Shown here: one piece after another, positions 25,417-33,229 of the stretch | Position numbering within the stretch: position 1 is the stretch's first letter | Layout of the letters: every line of letters starts with the position of its first letter | Assembly: GCA_034723125.1 (NCBI GenBank) | Contig: JAYEOP010000303.1 | Coordinates: 1-35,220, forward strand | Source of the DNA: Bacteroidota bacterium | Lineage (GTDB): Bacteria > Bacteroidota > Bacteroidia > CAILMK01 > JAAYUY01 | Direction: 5' to 3' | Length of the DNA: 35,220 nt | Position numbers and translations under genes: made by a program | The notes under the pieces: model-generated | Told to the model about the DNA's origin: nothing | What the model saw: only the letters and a program-made list of their open reading frames with translations | Databases searched by the model: none

Positions 25417-25746
25417 ATGAAAAAAGAGGAAAGGAAAATAATAAAAACAAAAATTATTAGGCAACTAAAAAGGCTCGAAAGCGAAATTGAAGAATTGAAA
25501 GAATTGTGTAAACCTATAGCTCCCGAAAATGCAATTGGTAGAGTGAGCAGAATGGATGCAATAAATAATAAAAGTGTAAATGAAGCATCATTAAGAATGG
25601 CGTTAAAAAAACAATATCAACTTAACAAATCTCTTAAAAATATTGATTCCTCTAGTTTTGGTATTTGTACAAGATGTAAAAAGGAAATTCCAATTGGAAG
25701 ACTGATGGTAATGCCTGAAAGTGAAACATGTGTTAGTTGTAATTAG
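25417..25746 (+). CDS. DksA/TraR-family C4 zinc-finger protein.
   Basis: Coiled-coil N-terminal part plus CTRCKKEIPIGRLMVMPESETCVSC. ATG at 25417; the ORF-track start at 25411 is a TTG. Confidence 0.75.
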   Translation: MKKEERKIIKTKIIRQLKRLESEIEELKELCKPIAPENAIGRVSRMDAINNKSVNEASLRMALKKQYQLNKSLKNIDSSSFGICTRCKKEIPIGRLMVMPESETCVSCN

Positions 25747-25907
25747 TGTCTCTTAGAAAACTCTACAAAATTAAAAATGTTTCTTTTTGCGATATTTTTA
25801 TTTTTCTCAAATCACTGATGCAAAGGCATCAGTTCATTTCCAAAAAGTAAAAATCTCATCAAAAATAATTCATTTTATAAAAATAGATAGTTTTCTAAGA
25901 GGCACTA
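25744..25907. mobile_element. R2 MITE-like element, copy d. Its first three bases are the TAG stop codon of the DksA/TraR-like gene.
   Basis: TAGTGTCTCTTAGAAAACT at the left end and AGTTTTCTAAGAGGCACTA at the right end (TIR 19 of 20 including the adjacent flanking base). Flanked by AT on both sides (25742-25743 and 25908-25909). Confidence 0.75.
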
Positions 25908-26032
25908 ATTAATTATTTTACCCAAACTCAGCAATTATAAAAAAATAGAATCAATAGGAAATAATATTTTTTTAAATTATTTTTATATTAGCATATAAAT
26001 TAGTAATATTGAATAATATAAAATACCTGACA

Positions 26033-26431
26033 ATGAATAAAATTGAAGGCAAAACAATATTAGTAGTTGAAGATGTTGATAGCAATTATAAGTTAGTGGA
26101 AGTAATACTTAAAAAAAATGGTGCAGATGTTATTCATACTATTTATGGTAAAGAAGCCATAAAAATATGTAAAGAGAATAAAGACATTGATCTTGTTTTA
26201 ATGGATATTCAATTGCCTGATATTGACGGTTATGAAGCAACAACTAAAATTAAGGAAATAATTCCTGATTTGCCGATTATTTCGGTAACAGCCTATGCTT
26301 CAAATGGTGATAGAGAAAAATCATTCGCTGTGGGTTGCAATGACTACATTCCTAAACCATATAGACCAATAACTTTAATTGAAAAAGTGATCGAACAATT
26401 AGATTTAATTGATAACTCAAATTTCTCATAA
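26033..26431 (+). CDS. Stand-alone receiver (REC) domain protein.
   Basis: KTILVVEDVDSNY, DLVLMDIQLPDIDG, SVTAY, YIPKPY. Roughly half identical by eye to the C-terminal REC of the 10709..12256 hybrid kinase. ATG at 26033; the ORF-track start at 26009 is a TTG. Confidence 0.85.
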   Translation: MNKIEGKTILVVEDVDSNYKLVEVILKKNGADVIHTIYGKEAIKICKENKDIDLVLMDIQLPDIDGYEATTKIKEIIPDLPIISVTAYASNGDREKSFAVGCNDYIPKPYRPITLIEKVIEQLDLIDNSNFS

Positions 26432-26465
26432 TAATTCTGTGTGGTAACATATAATTCGATTGATC

Positions 26466-26567
26466 ATAATTTGAACTTTGGCACTATGTTTAACGTATTG
26501 GTTATTACTCGTTTATACAGAATAACAAAACGTAGCTTATGACCGCTCAGCATATATTTATTATCAG
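26466..26567 (+). repeat. R4 ~100-bp dispersed repeat, copy b.
   Basis: Aligns with 7221-7320 in the same orientation. Confidence 0.6.
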
Positions 26568-26585
26568 ACTGTTATATTATGTAAT

Positions 26586-26678
26586 TTTCTTAGTGCAACT
26601 TTGTGCCTTTATGGCAAGATATTGATAATTAGCCACTAAGGCTCTAAGACACAAAGAATCACAAAGTATAAAGCATTT
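26586..26678 (+). repeat. R3 hairpin repeat, copy b.
   Basis: TTTTCTTAGTGCAACTTTGTGCCTTTATGGCAAGATATTGATAATTAGCCACTAAGGCTCTAAGACACAAAGAATCACAAAGTATAAAGC aligns with 23660-23760. Confidence 0.7.
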
Positions 26679-26724
26679 CATTATCTTCGTTTCTTGAAAG
26701 AATGTAATTATTAGAAGTTCCCTT
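26673..26724 (+). repeat. R1 MITE fragment, copy d (right end only, subfamily of copy b).
   Basis: GCATTTCATTATCTTCGTTTCTTGAAAGAATGTAATTATTAGAAGTTCCCTT matches 31983-32037. It directly abuts R3 copy b. Confidence 0.6.
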
Positions 26725-26877
26725 TACTTATTCAAGGCAAAAGTTACGAAAATAATTTTTAACGTAGAAGAAGTGAAATAGAAACGATTTATATCGGTAA
26801 GTTTGATGTTTAAATTGGTATTATTTTGAGCTGTGAAATAAATAACAAAATATTTTTTATATATAGTTTGGAAACTA

Positions 26878-26885
26878 TATATTTG
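26878..26885 (+). promoter_or_regulatory. Candidate -7 box (TATATTTG) for the mce-mmd operon.
   Basis: Matches TAnnTTTG 35 nt upstream of the ATG at 26920. Confidence 0.4.
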
Positions 26886-26919
26886 TAAGAACATTTAATA
26901 ACCTTTAAAAACAGTTATT

Positions 26920-27333
26920 ATGAACTTAGAATATATTGAACATATTGGAATTGCAGTAAAAAGTCTTGATGAATCAATAAAGTATTATGAAAATGTTTTA
27001 GGATTAAAATGTTATTCAGTTGAGGAGGTTAAAGAACAGAAAGTAAAAACTGCATTTTTTAAAGTAGGAGAAACTAAATTAGAACTCCTTGAATCAACAG
27101 AAGCTGATGGACCGATTGGAAAATTTATTGACAAAAAAGGAGAAGGTGTTCACCATATTGCTTTTGCTGTTAATAAATTAGAAAACAATCTAAAAGAAGT
27201 GGAAGGTAAAGGAGTAAGGCTTATTGACAAAACTCCCAGAAAAGGTGCTGAGGGTTTGGATATAGCTTTTTTACATCCGAAATCAACATTCGGAGTTTTA
27301 ACTGAATTTTGTGAAAATAAAAATAAAAAATAA
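26920..27333 (+). CDS. mce: Methylmalonyl-CoA epimerase (VOC/glyoxalase-fold).
   Basis: 137 aa. [24 protein letters not shown]...[11 protein letters not shown]...[13 protein letters not shown]. The stop overlaps the next gene's start (TAATG). Confidence 0.85.
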   Translation: MNLEYIEHIGIAVKSLDESIKYYENVLGLKCYSVEEVKEQKVKTAFFKVGETKLELLESTEADGPIGKFIDKKGEGVHHIAFAVNKLENNLKEVEGKGVRLIDKTPRKGAEGLDIAFLHPKSTFGVLTEFCENKNKK

Positions 27334-28892
27334 TGTCAATTGAGGATAAAATAAAAAAATTAATTGATTTGCGAGAGGAAGCTCGAATGGGCGGAGGTGA
27401 AAAAAGAATTGCCTCACAGCATGCAAAAGGTAAATTTACTGCTCGTGAAAGAATTGAAAAACTTTTGGATGAAGGAAGTTTTGAAGAAGCTGACATGTTT
27501 GTTACGCATCGTTGTACTGATTTTGGAATGGGAAAAAAGAAATATCTTTCTGATGGTGTTGTTACAGGATGTGGTACAATTGACGGAAGGCTAGTTTATG
27601 TTTATGCTCAGGATTTTACAGTTTTTGGTGGTTCCTTATCAGAAACGTATGCGAAAAAAATATGCAAAATAATGGATCAAGCCATGAAAGTAGGAGCACC
27701 GATAATTGGAATAAACGATAGTGGTGGAGCACGTATTCAAGAAGGAGTGCAGTCTCTTGCAGGTTATGCGGAAATTTTTGAAAGAAATATTTTAGCCTCA
27801 GGTGTAGTTCCTCAAATATCAGCAATTTTTGGACCCTGTGCAGGTGGTGCTGTTTATTCTCCTGCTCTTACCGATTATATTATAATGTCAGAAGATACAA
27901 GCTATATGTTTGTTACAGGTCCTAAAGTTGTTAAAACTGTTACAGGTGAAATAATTTCTGAAAATGACCTTGGTGGTGCTGATGTTCATTCCTCAAAATC
28001 AGGTATTTCTCATTTTAAAGCTAAGGATGAAGAGGAAGGTATTATGATAATTCAAAAACTCCTTAGTTATCTGCCTCAAAATAATTTTGAAGAACCTCCT
28101 GTTTACACATGTAACGATCCAATAGATAGATTGGATGATTCATTAAATGAAATTATTCCTGAAAACCCTAGTTTACCTTATGATGTAAACGACATAATTC
28201 ATTCACTCGTTGATAATGGAGAATTTTTGGAAATACAAAGGCATTACGCAAGAAATATTATTACAGCTTTTGCTAAGTTTAATGGAATGCCTGTTGGTAT
28301 TGTGGCTAATCAACCGAGTTTTCTTGCAGGTGTACTTGATATCAATGCTTCAAGAAAAGCAGCAAGATTTGTAAGGTTTTGTGATGCATTTAATATTCCT
28401 ATTGTAACCTTAGTTGATGTTCCCGGATTTTTACCCGGAAGTAATCAGGAATATGGTGGAATTATTATTCATGGTGCAAAATTATTATTTGCTTATGGAG
28501 AGGCAACCGTTCCTAAAATTACAATTACTTTAAGGAAATCTTATGGTGGTGCTCATGATGTTATGAGTTCTAAACAATTAAGAGGTGATATTAATTATGC
28601 TTGGCCTTCAGCAGAAATTGCAGTAATGGGACCTAAAGGTGCAATTGAAGTGTTGAATCATAAAGAGATTAGTGAAATTAAGGATGAAGAAGAAAAAACA
28701 AAATTTATTGCTAAAAAAGAAAATGAATATAAAGATAAGTTTGCAAATCCTTATGAAGCTGCAAAATACGGATTTATTGATGATGTAATTGAACCAAGAA
28801 ATACTAGATTTAGGATTATTAGAGGATTAGAAAGATTAGAAACGAAGAAAGACAGCAATCCTCCTAAAAAACATTGTAATTTACCACTTTAA
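27333..28892 (+). CDS. mmdA: Methylmalonyl-CoA decarboxylase alpha subunit (carboxyltransferase).
   Basis: 519 aa, acyl-CoA carboxyltransferase family ([51 protein letters not shown]). The operon context is an epimerase, a biotin carrier and a Na+-pump beta subunit. Confidence 0.88.
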   Translation: MSIEDKIKKLIDLREEARMGGGEKRIASQHAKGKFTARERIEKLLDEGSFEEADMFVTHRCTDFGMGKKKYLSDGVVTGCGTIDGRLVYVYAQDFTVFGGSLSETYAKKICKIMDQAMKVGAPIIGINDSGGARIQEGVQSLAGYAEIFERNILASGVVPQISAIFGPCAGGAVYSPALTDYIIMSEDTSYMFVTGPKVVKTVTGEIISENDLGGADVHSSKSGISHFKAKDEEEGIMIIQKLLSYLPQNNFEEPPVYTCNDPIDRLDDSLNEIIPENPSLPYDVNDIIHSLVDNGEFLEIQRHYARNIITAFAKFNGMPVGIVANQPSFLAGVLDINASRKAARFVRFCDAFNIPIVTLVDVPGFLPGSNQEYGGIIIHGAKLLFAYGEATVPKITITLRKSYGGAHDVMSSKQLRGDINYAWPSAEIAVMGPKGAIEVLNHKEISEIKDEEEKTKFIAKKENEYKDKFANPYEAAKYGFIDDVIEPRNTRFRIIRGLERLETKKDSNPPKKHCNLPL

Positions 28893-28903
28893 ATTAATTG
28901 ATT

Positions 28904-29275
28904 ATGTTTTATCTAATTTCCAAAATAACATTTGATTTTTCAGCAATTTCCGATATGGGAATAACAGTTTCTGTTGTTGGATATACTCTTGTTTTTTTAG
29001 CGTTATTGATACTTTATATTATTTTCCAAAATCTTCCTGCATTGGTTTATTTTAAAGCAAGAAGAAAACATAAACAAAAAAGAAATATTAAAACAGGTGA
29101 AAAAGAGGACAGATATTATGCAGGGGAGATTAATGCAGCTATTGGAATGGCATTGTATCTTCATTTTAAGGAATTACATGATGATGAAAATATTGTGTTA
29201 ACAATGCATAGGATGAAAAAAAGATATTCACCATGGAATTCAAAAGTTTATAATTTTGAAAATTTCAGATTTTAA
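28904..29275 (+). CDS. Small membrane subunit of the decarboxylase (OadG/MmdD-like).
   Basis: One TM helix (VSVVGYTLVFLALLILYIIF) followed by a basic stretch. It sits between the alpha and biotin-carrier genes. ATG at 28904; the ORF-track start at 28898 is a TTG. Confidence 0.6.
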   Translation: MFYLISKITFDFSAISDMGITVSVVGYTLVFLALLILYIIFQNLPALVYFKARRKHKQKRNIKTGEKEDRYYAGEINAAIGMALYLHFKELHDDENIVLTMHRMKKRYSPWNSKVYNFENFRF

Positions 29276-29287
29276 ATTAAATAATAG

Positions 29288-29719
29288 ATGAAAAATTTTA
29301 AATTTACTATAAGAGGTCATGAATATGAGGTAGATATTCTGAATTGTGAAGGAAATGTTGCAGAAATTGAAGTTAATGGTACAAAATACGAAGTTGAGGT
29401 TAATAAAGAAATGCAAAAAACAACAACACCAACTCTTGTTAGACCAAAAATTCCCCTTCCTAAGGGTGCAAATGAAATAAAGAAAAGTACGAATGAAAAA
29501 GTCTTTAAAGTTGAAGCACCTCTTCCCGGAAATATTATAAAAGTTATTGCAAAAGAAGGAGACACTGTAAAAAAAGGTGATAAATTGCTGATAATGGAAG
29601 CAATGAAAATGGAGAATGATGTTAAATCGGAAAAAGATGCAACAGTAAAAACTATTAAAGTAAATAATGGGGATACTGTTTTGCAAGGTGATATATTAAT
29701 AGAACTTGAACTTGAATAA
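29288..29719 (+). CDS. mmdC: Biotin carboxyl carrier subunit of the decarboxylase.
   Basis: C-terminal biotinyl domain EAPLPGNIIKV...GDKLLIMEAMKMENDV...GDILIELE, with the AMKM biotinylation motif. Confidence 0.9.
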   Translation: MKNFKFTIRGHEYEVDILNCEGNVAEIEVNGTKYEVEVNKEMQKTTTPTLVRPKIPLPKGANEIKKSTNEKVFKVEAPLPGNIIKVIAKEGDTVKKGDKLLIMEAMKMENDVKSEKDATVKTIKVNNGDTVLQGDILIELELE

Positions 29720-29728
29720 ATTGTAAAA

Positions 29729-31372
29729 ATGAAAAGCAATATTAACAAGTCTTTTAAAAAGAAAATATCTTTTGCTCATAAAAAACTATTTACTGTTATA
29801 GGTATAATAGCTGTATTGGCAATTCTTTCTTATTCTTTTAAAAGTAATAAAAATACAGATAAAAAGAATAAAATAAATACTGATATAAAATTAACAGATC
29901 ATGCAATTTTTGAAAAACTGATTAAAGGTAAATGGGTTACAAAAGATGAAAAATATAGAATTTCATCTGAAAGTAATCGCTACGTTAATCGTTTTAAAGG
30001 ATTAGATTTTAAAGCTGATAATACTTTTATTTTAGATTCTATTAAATTCAAATATATTGGTAATTGGGAAGTAAACAATGGTATTATTTACCTGAAATTT
30101 AAAGATAAAAGCTTAGGAAAAAGAGATGCGACTTTAGATAAAAAAGGAAATATAATTTCTAACAATCTGAAATTCAAACAATATCCGGGAGCATTTTCAG
30201 GTGTGTTTAATTTCTATGAGTTTACAGGTTTTGCTAATGTTACATGGGGACATTTAGTAATGATGATTGTAGGATTGTTTTTTATTTTTCTTGCAATTAG
30301 GTTCGATTACGAACCTTTACTATTAATCCCTATTGGTTTTGGTATTTTAATTGGAAATATTCCAATGTTTCAGGTTGAGGGATTTAACTTAAAATTAGGT
30401 GTTTATGAGCATCAAAGTGTTATGAATTATCTTTATTTTGGTGTTACAGCAGGTATTTATCCTCCCTTAATATTTTTAGGAATTGGTGCTATGACCGATT
30501 TTTCTTCACTTATCTCCAAGCCAAGACTAATGTTGCTTGGTGCTGCTGCTCAAGTTGGTATTTTTCTTACTTTTATTGGAGCACTTATTTTAGGATTTGC
30601 TCCACAGGAAGCAGGTGCAATCGGAATTATCGGAGGGGCAGATGGTCCTACAGCTATTTTCCTTTCTTCAAAATTAGCGAATGGAATCAATATCTTAGCT
30701 GATGGAACAACTGTTAAAAATTTAATAGGTCCTATCGCTATTGCTGCCTATTCTTACATGGCTTTAGTCCCTGTTATTCAGCCACCTATAATGAAGTTGC
30801 TTACGACCAAAAAAGAAAGAAGAATTAAAATGAAACCACCAAGAACGGTTTCCAGATTAGAAAAAATAATGTTTCCTATTATTGGTTTATTGCTTACAAC
30901 ATATATTGCTCCAAGTTCATTGCCGTTATTAGGTATGCTTTTCTTCGGGAATCTTTTAAAAGAAAGTGGTGTTACCAAAAGACTTGCAGATACCGCTCGA
31001 AATGCAATGATAGATATTGTTACGATATTATTAGGAGTTACAGTTGGAGCTTCTACACAAGCAGATGTTTTTCTTACTTCTGATTCAATTTTAATATTTA
31101 CTCTCGGTGCACTTTCTTTTATTGTTGCTACAGCAGGAGGAATTATTTTTGCAAAAGTTATGAATTTCTTATCTTCAAAAGACAATCCTATTAATCCTCT
31201 TATTGGTGCTGCCGGTGTTTCCGCAGTTCCCGATAGTGCAAGAGTTGTACAAACGGAAGGCTTAAAATCAGACCCTACAAATCATTTGCTTATGCATGCT
31301 ATGGCACCTAACGTTTCAGGAGTTATTGGTAGTGCTGTAGGCGCTGGAATTCTGCTGAGCTTTTTATTGTAA
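29729..31372 (+). CDS. mmdB: Na+-translocating decarboxylase beta subunit (OadB/MmdB/GcdB family) with a ~165-aa N-terminal extension.
   Basis: Residues ~165-547 are colinear with OadB-type pumps (FDYEPLLLIPIGFGILIGNIP..., IIGGADGPTAIF, IGAAGVSAVP). Residues 1-165 contain an extra TM helix (FTVIGIIAVLAILSY) and a soluble segment with a GKWV...GNWEVNNGIIYLKF pattern. Confidence 0.88.
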   Translation: MKSNINKSFKKKISFAHKKLFTVIGIIAVLAILSYSFKSNKNTDKKNKINTDIKLTDHAIFEKLIKGKWVTKDEKYRISSESNRYVNRFKGLDFKADNTFILDSIKFKYIGNWEVNNGIIYLKFKDKSLGKRDATLDKKGNIISNNLKFKQYPGAFSGVFNFYEFTGFANVTWGHLVMMIVGLFFIFLAIRFDYEPLLLIPIGFGILIGNIPMFQVEGFNLKLGVYEHQSVMNYLYFGVTAGIYPPLIFLGIGAMTDFSSLISKPRLMLLGAAAQVGIFLTFIGALILGFAPQEAGAIGIIGGADGPTAIFLSSKLANGINILADGTTVKNLIGPIAIAAYSYMALVPVIQPPIMKLLTTKKERRIKMKPPRTVSRLEKIMFPIIGLLLTTYIAPSSLPLLGMLFFGNLLKESGVTKRLADTARNAMIDIVTILLGVTVGASTQADVFLTSDSILIFTLGALSFIVATAGGIIFAKVMNFLSSKDNPINPLIGAAGVSAVPDSARVVQTEGLKSDPTNHLLMHAMAPNVSGVIGSAVGAGILLSFLL

Positions 31373-31391
31373 AAATGAAATTAATTTATAA

Positions 31392-31419
31392 AAATAAATC
31401 AACTCACAGGTTGATTTAT
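31392..31419 (+). terminator. Candidate terminator hairpin after mmdB.
   Basis: 11-bp stem AATAAATCAAC / GTTGATTTATT with loop TCACAG, 20 nt past the stop. It is followed by an A-run rather than a T-run. Confidence 0.35.
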
Positions 31420-31434
31420 TAAAAAATATGTTGT

Positions 31435-32312
31435 ATGTTTGCAATTGAAATAATCGTGAAAGATAGTTTGTATGCTGTAAAATATACAGATAGAGTTGAC
31501 GAATTTGAAAACAATAAATTTATTGTAGGTGATGAGCCGAGAGATGAATTTAACAGATTGTTTAATAATTGGCAAGATACTGAATATTTAGAAAATTTTT
31601 TTTACAAACACAGTGATGATTTACAGCAAGAATTCTATAACTATATTTCAATAAATGAAGCTATTATTAAAACAATAAAGGAAGTATATGAATTTCAGCA
31701 AAAATTATTGTCAATTGCAGAGAATGGTAAAAAAGATTTATTTCAATGTTTACAAACTTTGTTTAAACCCTTGAGGGGACTTCTAATAATTACTTCGCAT
31801 CAAGATTGTCAGGGTTTTTTATAGACGATTCAGATTTTTGAAGTACTAACGGGATAATGCAAGAAAATATGGAGAAGTATATAAGAAACCCTGACAACCC
31901 TTTGGGAACGAAGATAATAAATAATCTGACTTCGCCAAAATATTTTCCAATAGCTATGGCTATTAAAAAATATTTGTGGCTCGCATCTTATTCATTATCT
32001 TCGTTTCTTGAAAGAAAGTAATTATTAGAAGTCCCCTTAAATAACTATGAAAAGGAAATATATCCGATACCTGAACATCAAAAGAGTAAAATTTATGGTT
32101 CGAAAAAAAGTTGGTTGCGTATATATGCAATAAGAATTGAAGAAAATGTATTTATCATTACAGGAGGAGCTATTAAGCTAACAAAAACAATGAATGAAAG
32201 AGAACATTTGAAAAACGAATTGAAAAAATTAGAAAATGTTAAGCAGTTTTTGATTTTAGAAGGCATAATTGATAATGATAGTATTGTAGATTATTTAGAA
32301 TTAGAATTTTAA
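31435..32312 (+). pseudogene. Toxin-like gene (RelE/HigB/Gp49-like C-terminal motif) interrupted by R1 MITE copy b.
   Basis: The 5' part (31435-31773, ...QTLFKPL) and the 3' part (32040-32312, NNYEKEIYPIPEHQKSKIYGSKKSWLRIYAIRIEENVFIITGGAIKLTKTM...) are separated by a 264-bp TIR element. Removing the element plus 2 nt joins them in frame into a 203-aa ORF. Confidence 0.7.
31774..32037 (+). mobile_element. R1 MITE, copy b (264 bp, perfect 22-bp TIR AGGGGACTTCTAATAATTACTT), inserted inside a coding sequence.
   Basis: Termini are at 31774-31795 and 32016-32037. Flanked by TG and TA. The interior is ~70-75% identical by eye to copies a and c (e.g. CGGGATAATG, AACCCTTTGGGAAC.AAGATAATAAA.AATCTGAC, CATCTTATTCATTATCTT). 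Confidence 0.85.
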
Positions 32313-32316
32313 ACTT

Positions 32317-33192
32317 ATGGCAAACATGAAAAATTTAAACAAATTAGCTTCAAATGATTCAACATGGAAAGAAGAGGCTGAAAGAAGAAAGGAAAATAGA
32401 GGATGGCAAGAAAAATCTCAAAGAATTGCTGTAAAAATTCTTAGTACAATTAGAGAAAAAGGAATTAAACAAAAGCAATTAGCAGTGATGATTGGTGTTT
32501 CGCCACAGCAAATAAATAAAATAGTTAAAGGTAATGAGAACCTAACATTAACAACTATTACCAAGCTCGAAAATGCATTAAATCTACAGTTGATTTTTAA
32601 TGAAAATAATACTTATTCTTTTATTAACGAATATTCTTTTAAAAAGATACAATTTATATTAGATATTAAAAAGATAACTCAACAAAAATATAATTATACT
32701 CAAGAAAGTGAAGTTTATTTAGAAAATATGCTGAGTGAAAAAGTTGTAAATTATGGAAGAAAACATAAAAATATATCAATTGAGTTTAAGTTAAGAAAAA
32801 TTTCAACTGAACAGTTTATTGTTTTTCCTGATGCATTTAACAAGAGCAATTCTAAAATTGAAATGAACATAGGATTAAAATTTGGCTTGGATAATGAAAA
32901 CAAGATATTAATATCATTTGTAAAAGTGTTATTTGAACAAAAGAATAAACCATTTATTGTTATTGAAGTAGCAAATTATTTTGATATTGAAGAAAAAACT
33001 TGGGCTAATTTAAATAAAACAGAAAATAATTTGATTATTCCAAAAGCATTTGCATCTAATTTAGTAATGTTTACAATTGGTACATTAAGAGGAGTATTGC
33101 ATTGCAAAACTGAAAATTCAGATTTTAAAAATTTTATTTTCCCGGAAATAAATGTTGCAGAACTTATAAAAAATGATGTTGAACTGAATTAG
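32317..33192 (+). CDS. XRE-family HTH protein (antitoxin-like) with an extra ~190-aa C-terminal domain of unknown, possibly SecB-like, fold.
   Basis: HTH segment KGIKQKQLAVMIGVSPQQINKIVKGNENLTLTTITKLENALNL. The start is 4 nt after the stop of the toxin-like gene. The C-terminal part (ISIEFKLRKIS...FIVIEVANYFDIEE...FIFPEINVAELI) has an alternating strand-like pattern. Confidence 0.75.
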   Translation: MANMKNLNKLASNDSTWKEEAERRKENRGWQEKSQRIAVKILSTIREKGIKQKQLAVMIGVSPQQINKIVKGNENLTLTTITKLENALNLQLIFNENNTYSFINEYSFKKIQFILDIKKITQQKYNYTQESEVYLENMLSEKVVNYGRKHKNISIEFKLRKISTEQFIVFPDAFNKSNSKIEMNIGLKFGLDNENKILISFVKVLFEQKNKPFIVIEVANYFDIEEKTWANLNKTENNLIIPKAFASNLVMFTIGTLRGVLHCKTENSDFKNFIFPEINVAELIKNDVELN

Positions 33193-33229
33193 TAACAACA
33201 CTTAAAAGGAGAGGGTTTTCAAAACATTT

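Noticed and set aside
26830-26847. Candidate Rex operator CTGTGAAATAAATAACAA upstream of the mce-mmd operon, compared with the TTGTGAA-N4-TTCACAA consensus. A weaker TTGTAATTTTACAGCAA lies upstream of rex itself.
   Set aside because: Only about 11 of 14 specified positions match, and the right half-site is poor. In ~70% AT DNA such partial matches are expected by chance, so a PWM scan and comparative genomics would be needed.
29240-29748. Two 143-148-aa minus-strand ORFs overlapping the biotin-carrier gene. Similar shadow ORFs occur at 27221..27496, 27364..27594, 27616..27825 and 30778..31185.
   Set aside because: They are antisense or out of frame relative to strongly supported mmd genes, with no motifs.
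27333-31372. Alternative assignment of the carboxyltransferase/biotin/beta-subunit genes as glutaconyl-CoA or oxaloacetate decarboxylase, or as propionyl-CoA carboxylase.
   Set aside because: A directly preceding, translationally coupled methylmalonyl-CoA epimerase gene favours methylmalonyl-CoA decarboxylase, as does a CoA-ester-type carboxyltransferase rather than an OadA-type subunit. Substrate specificity still cannot be proven from sequence.
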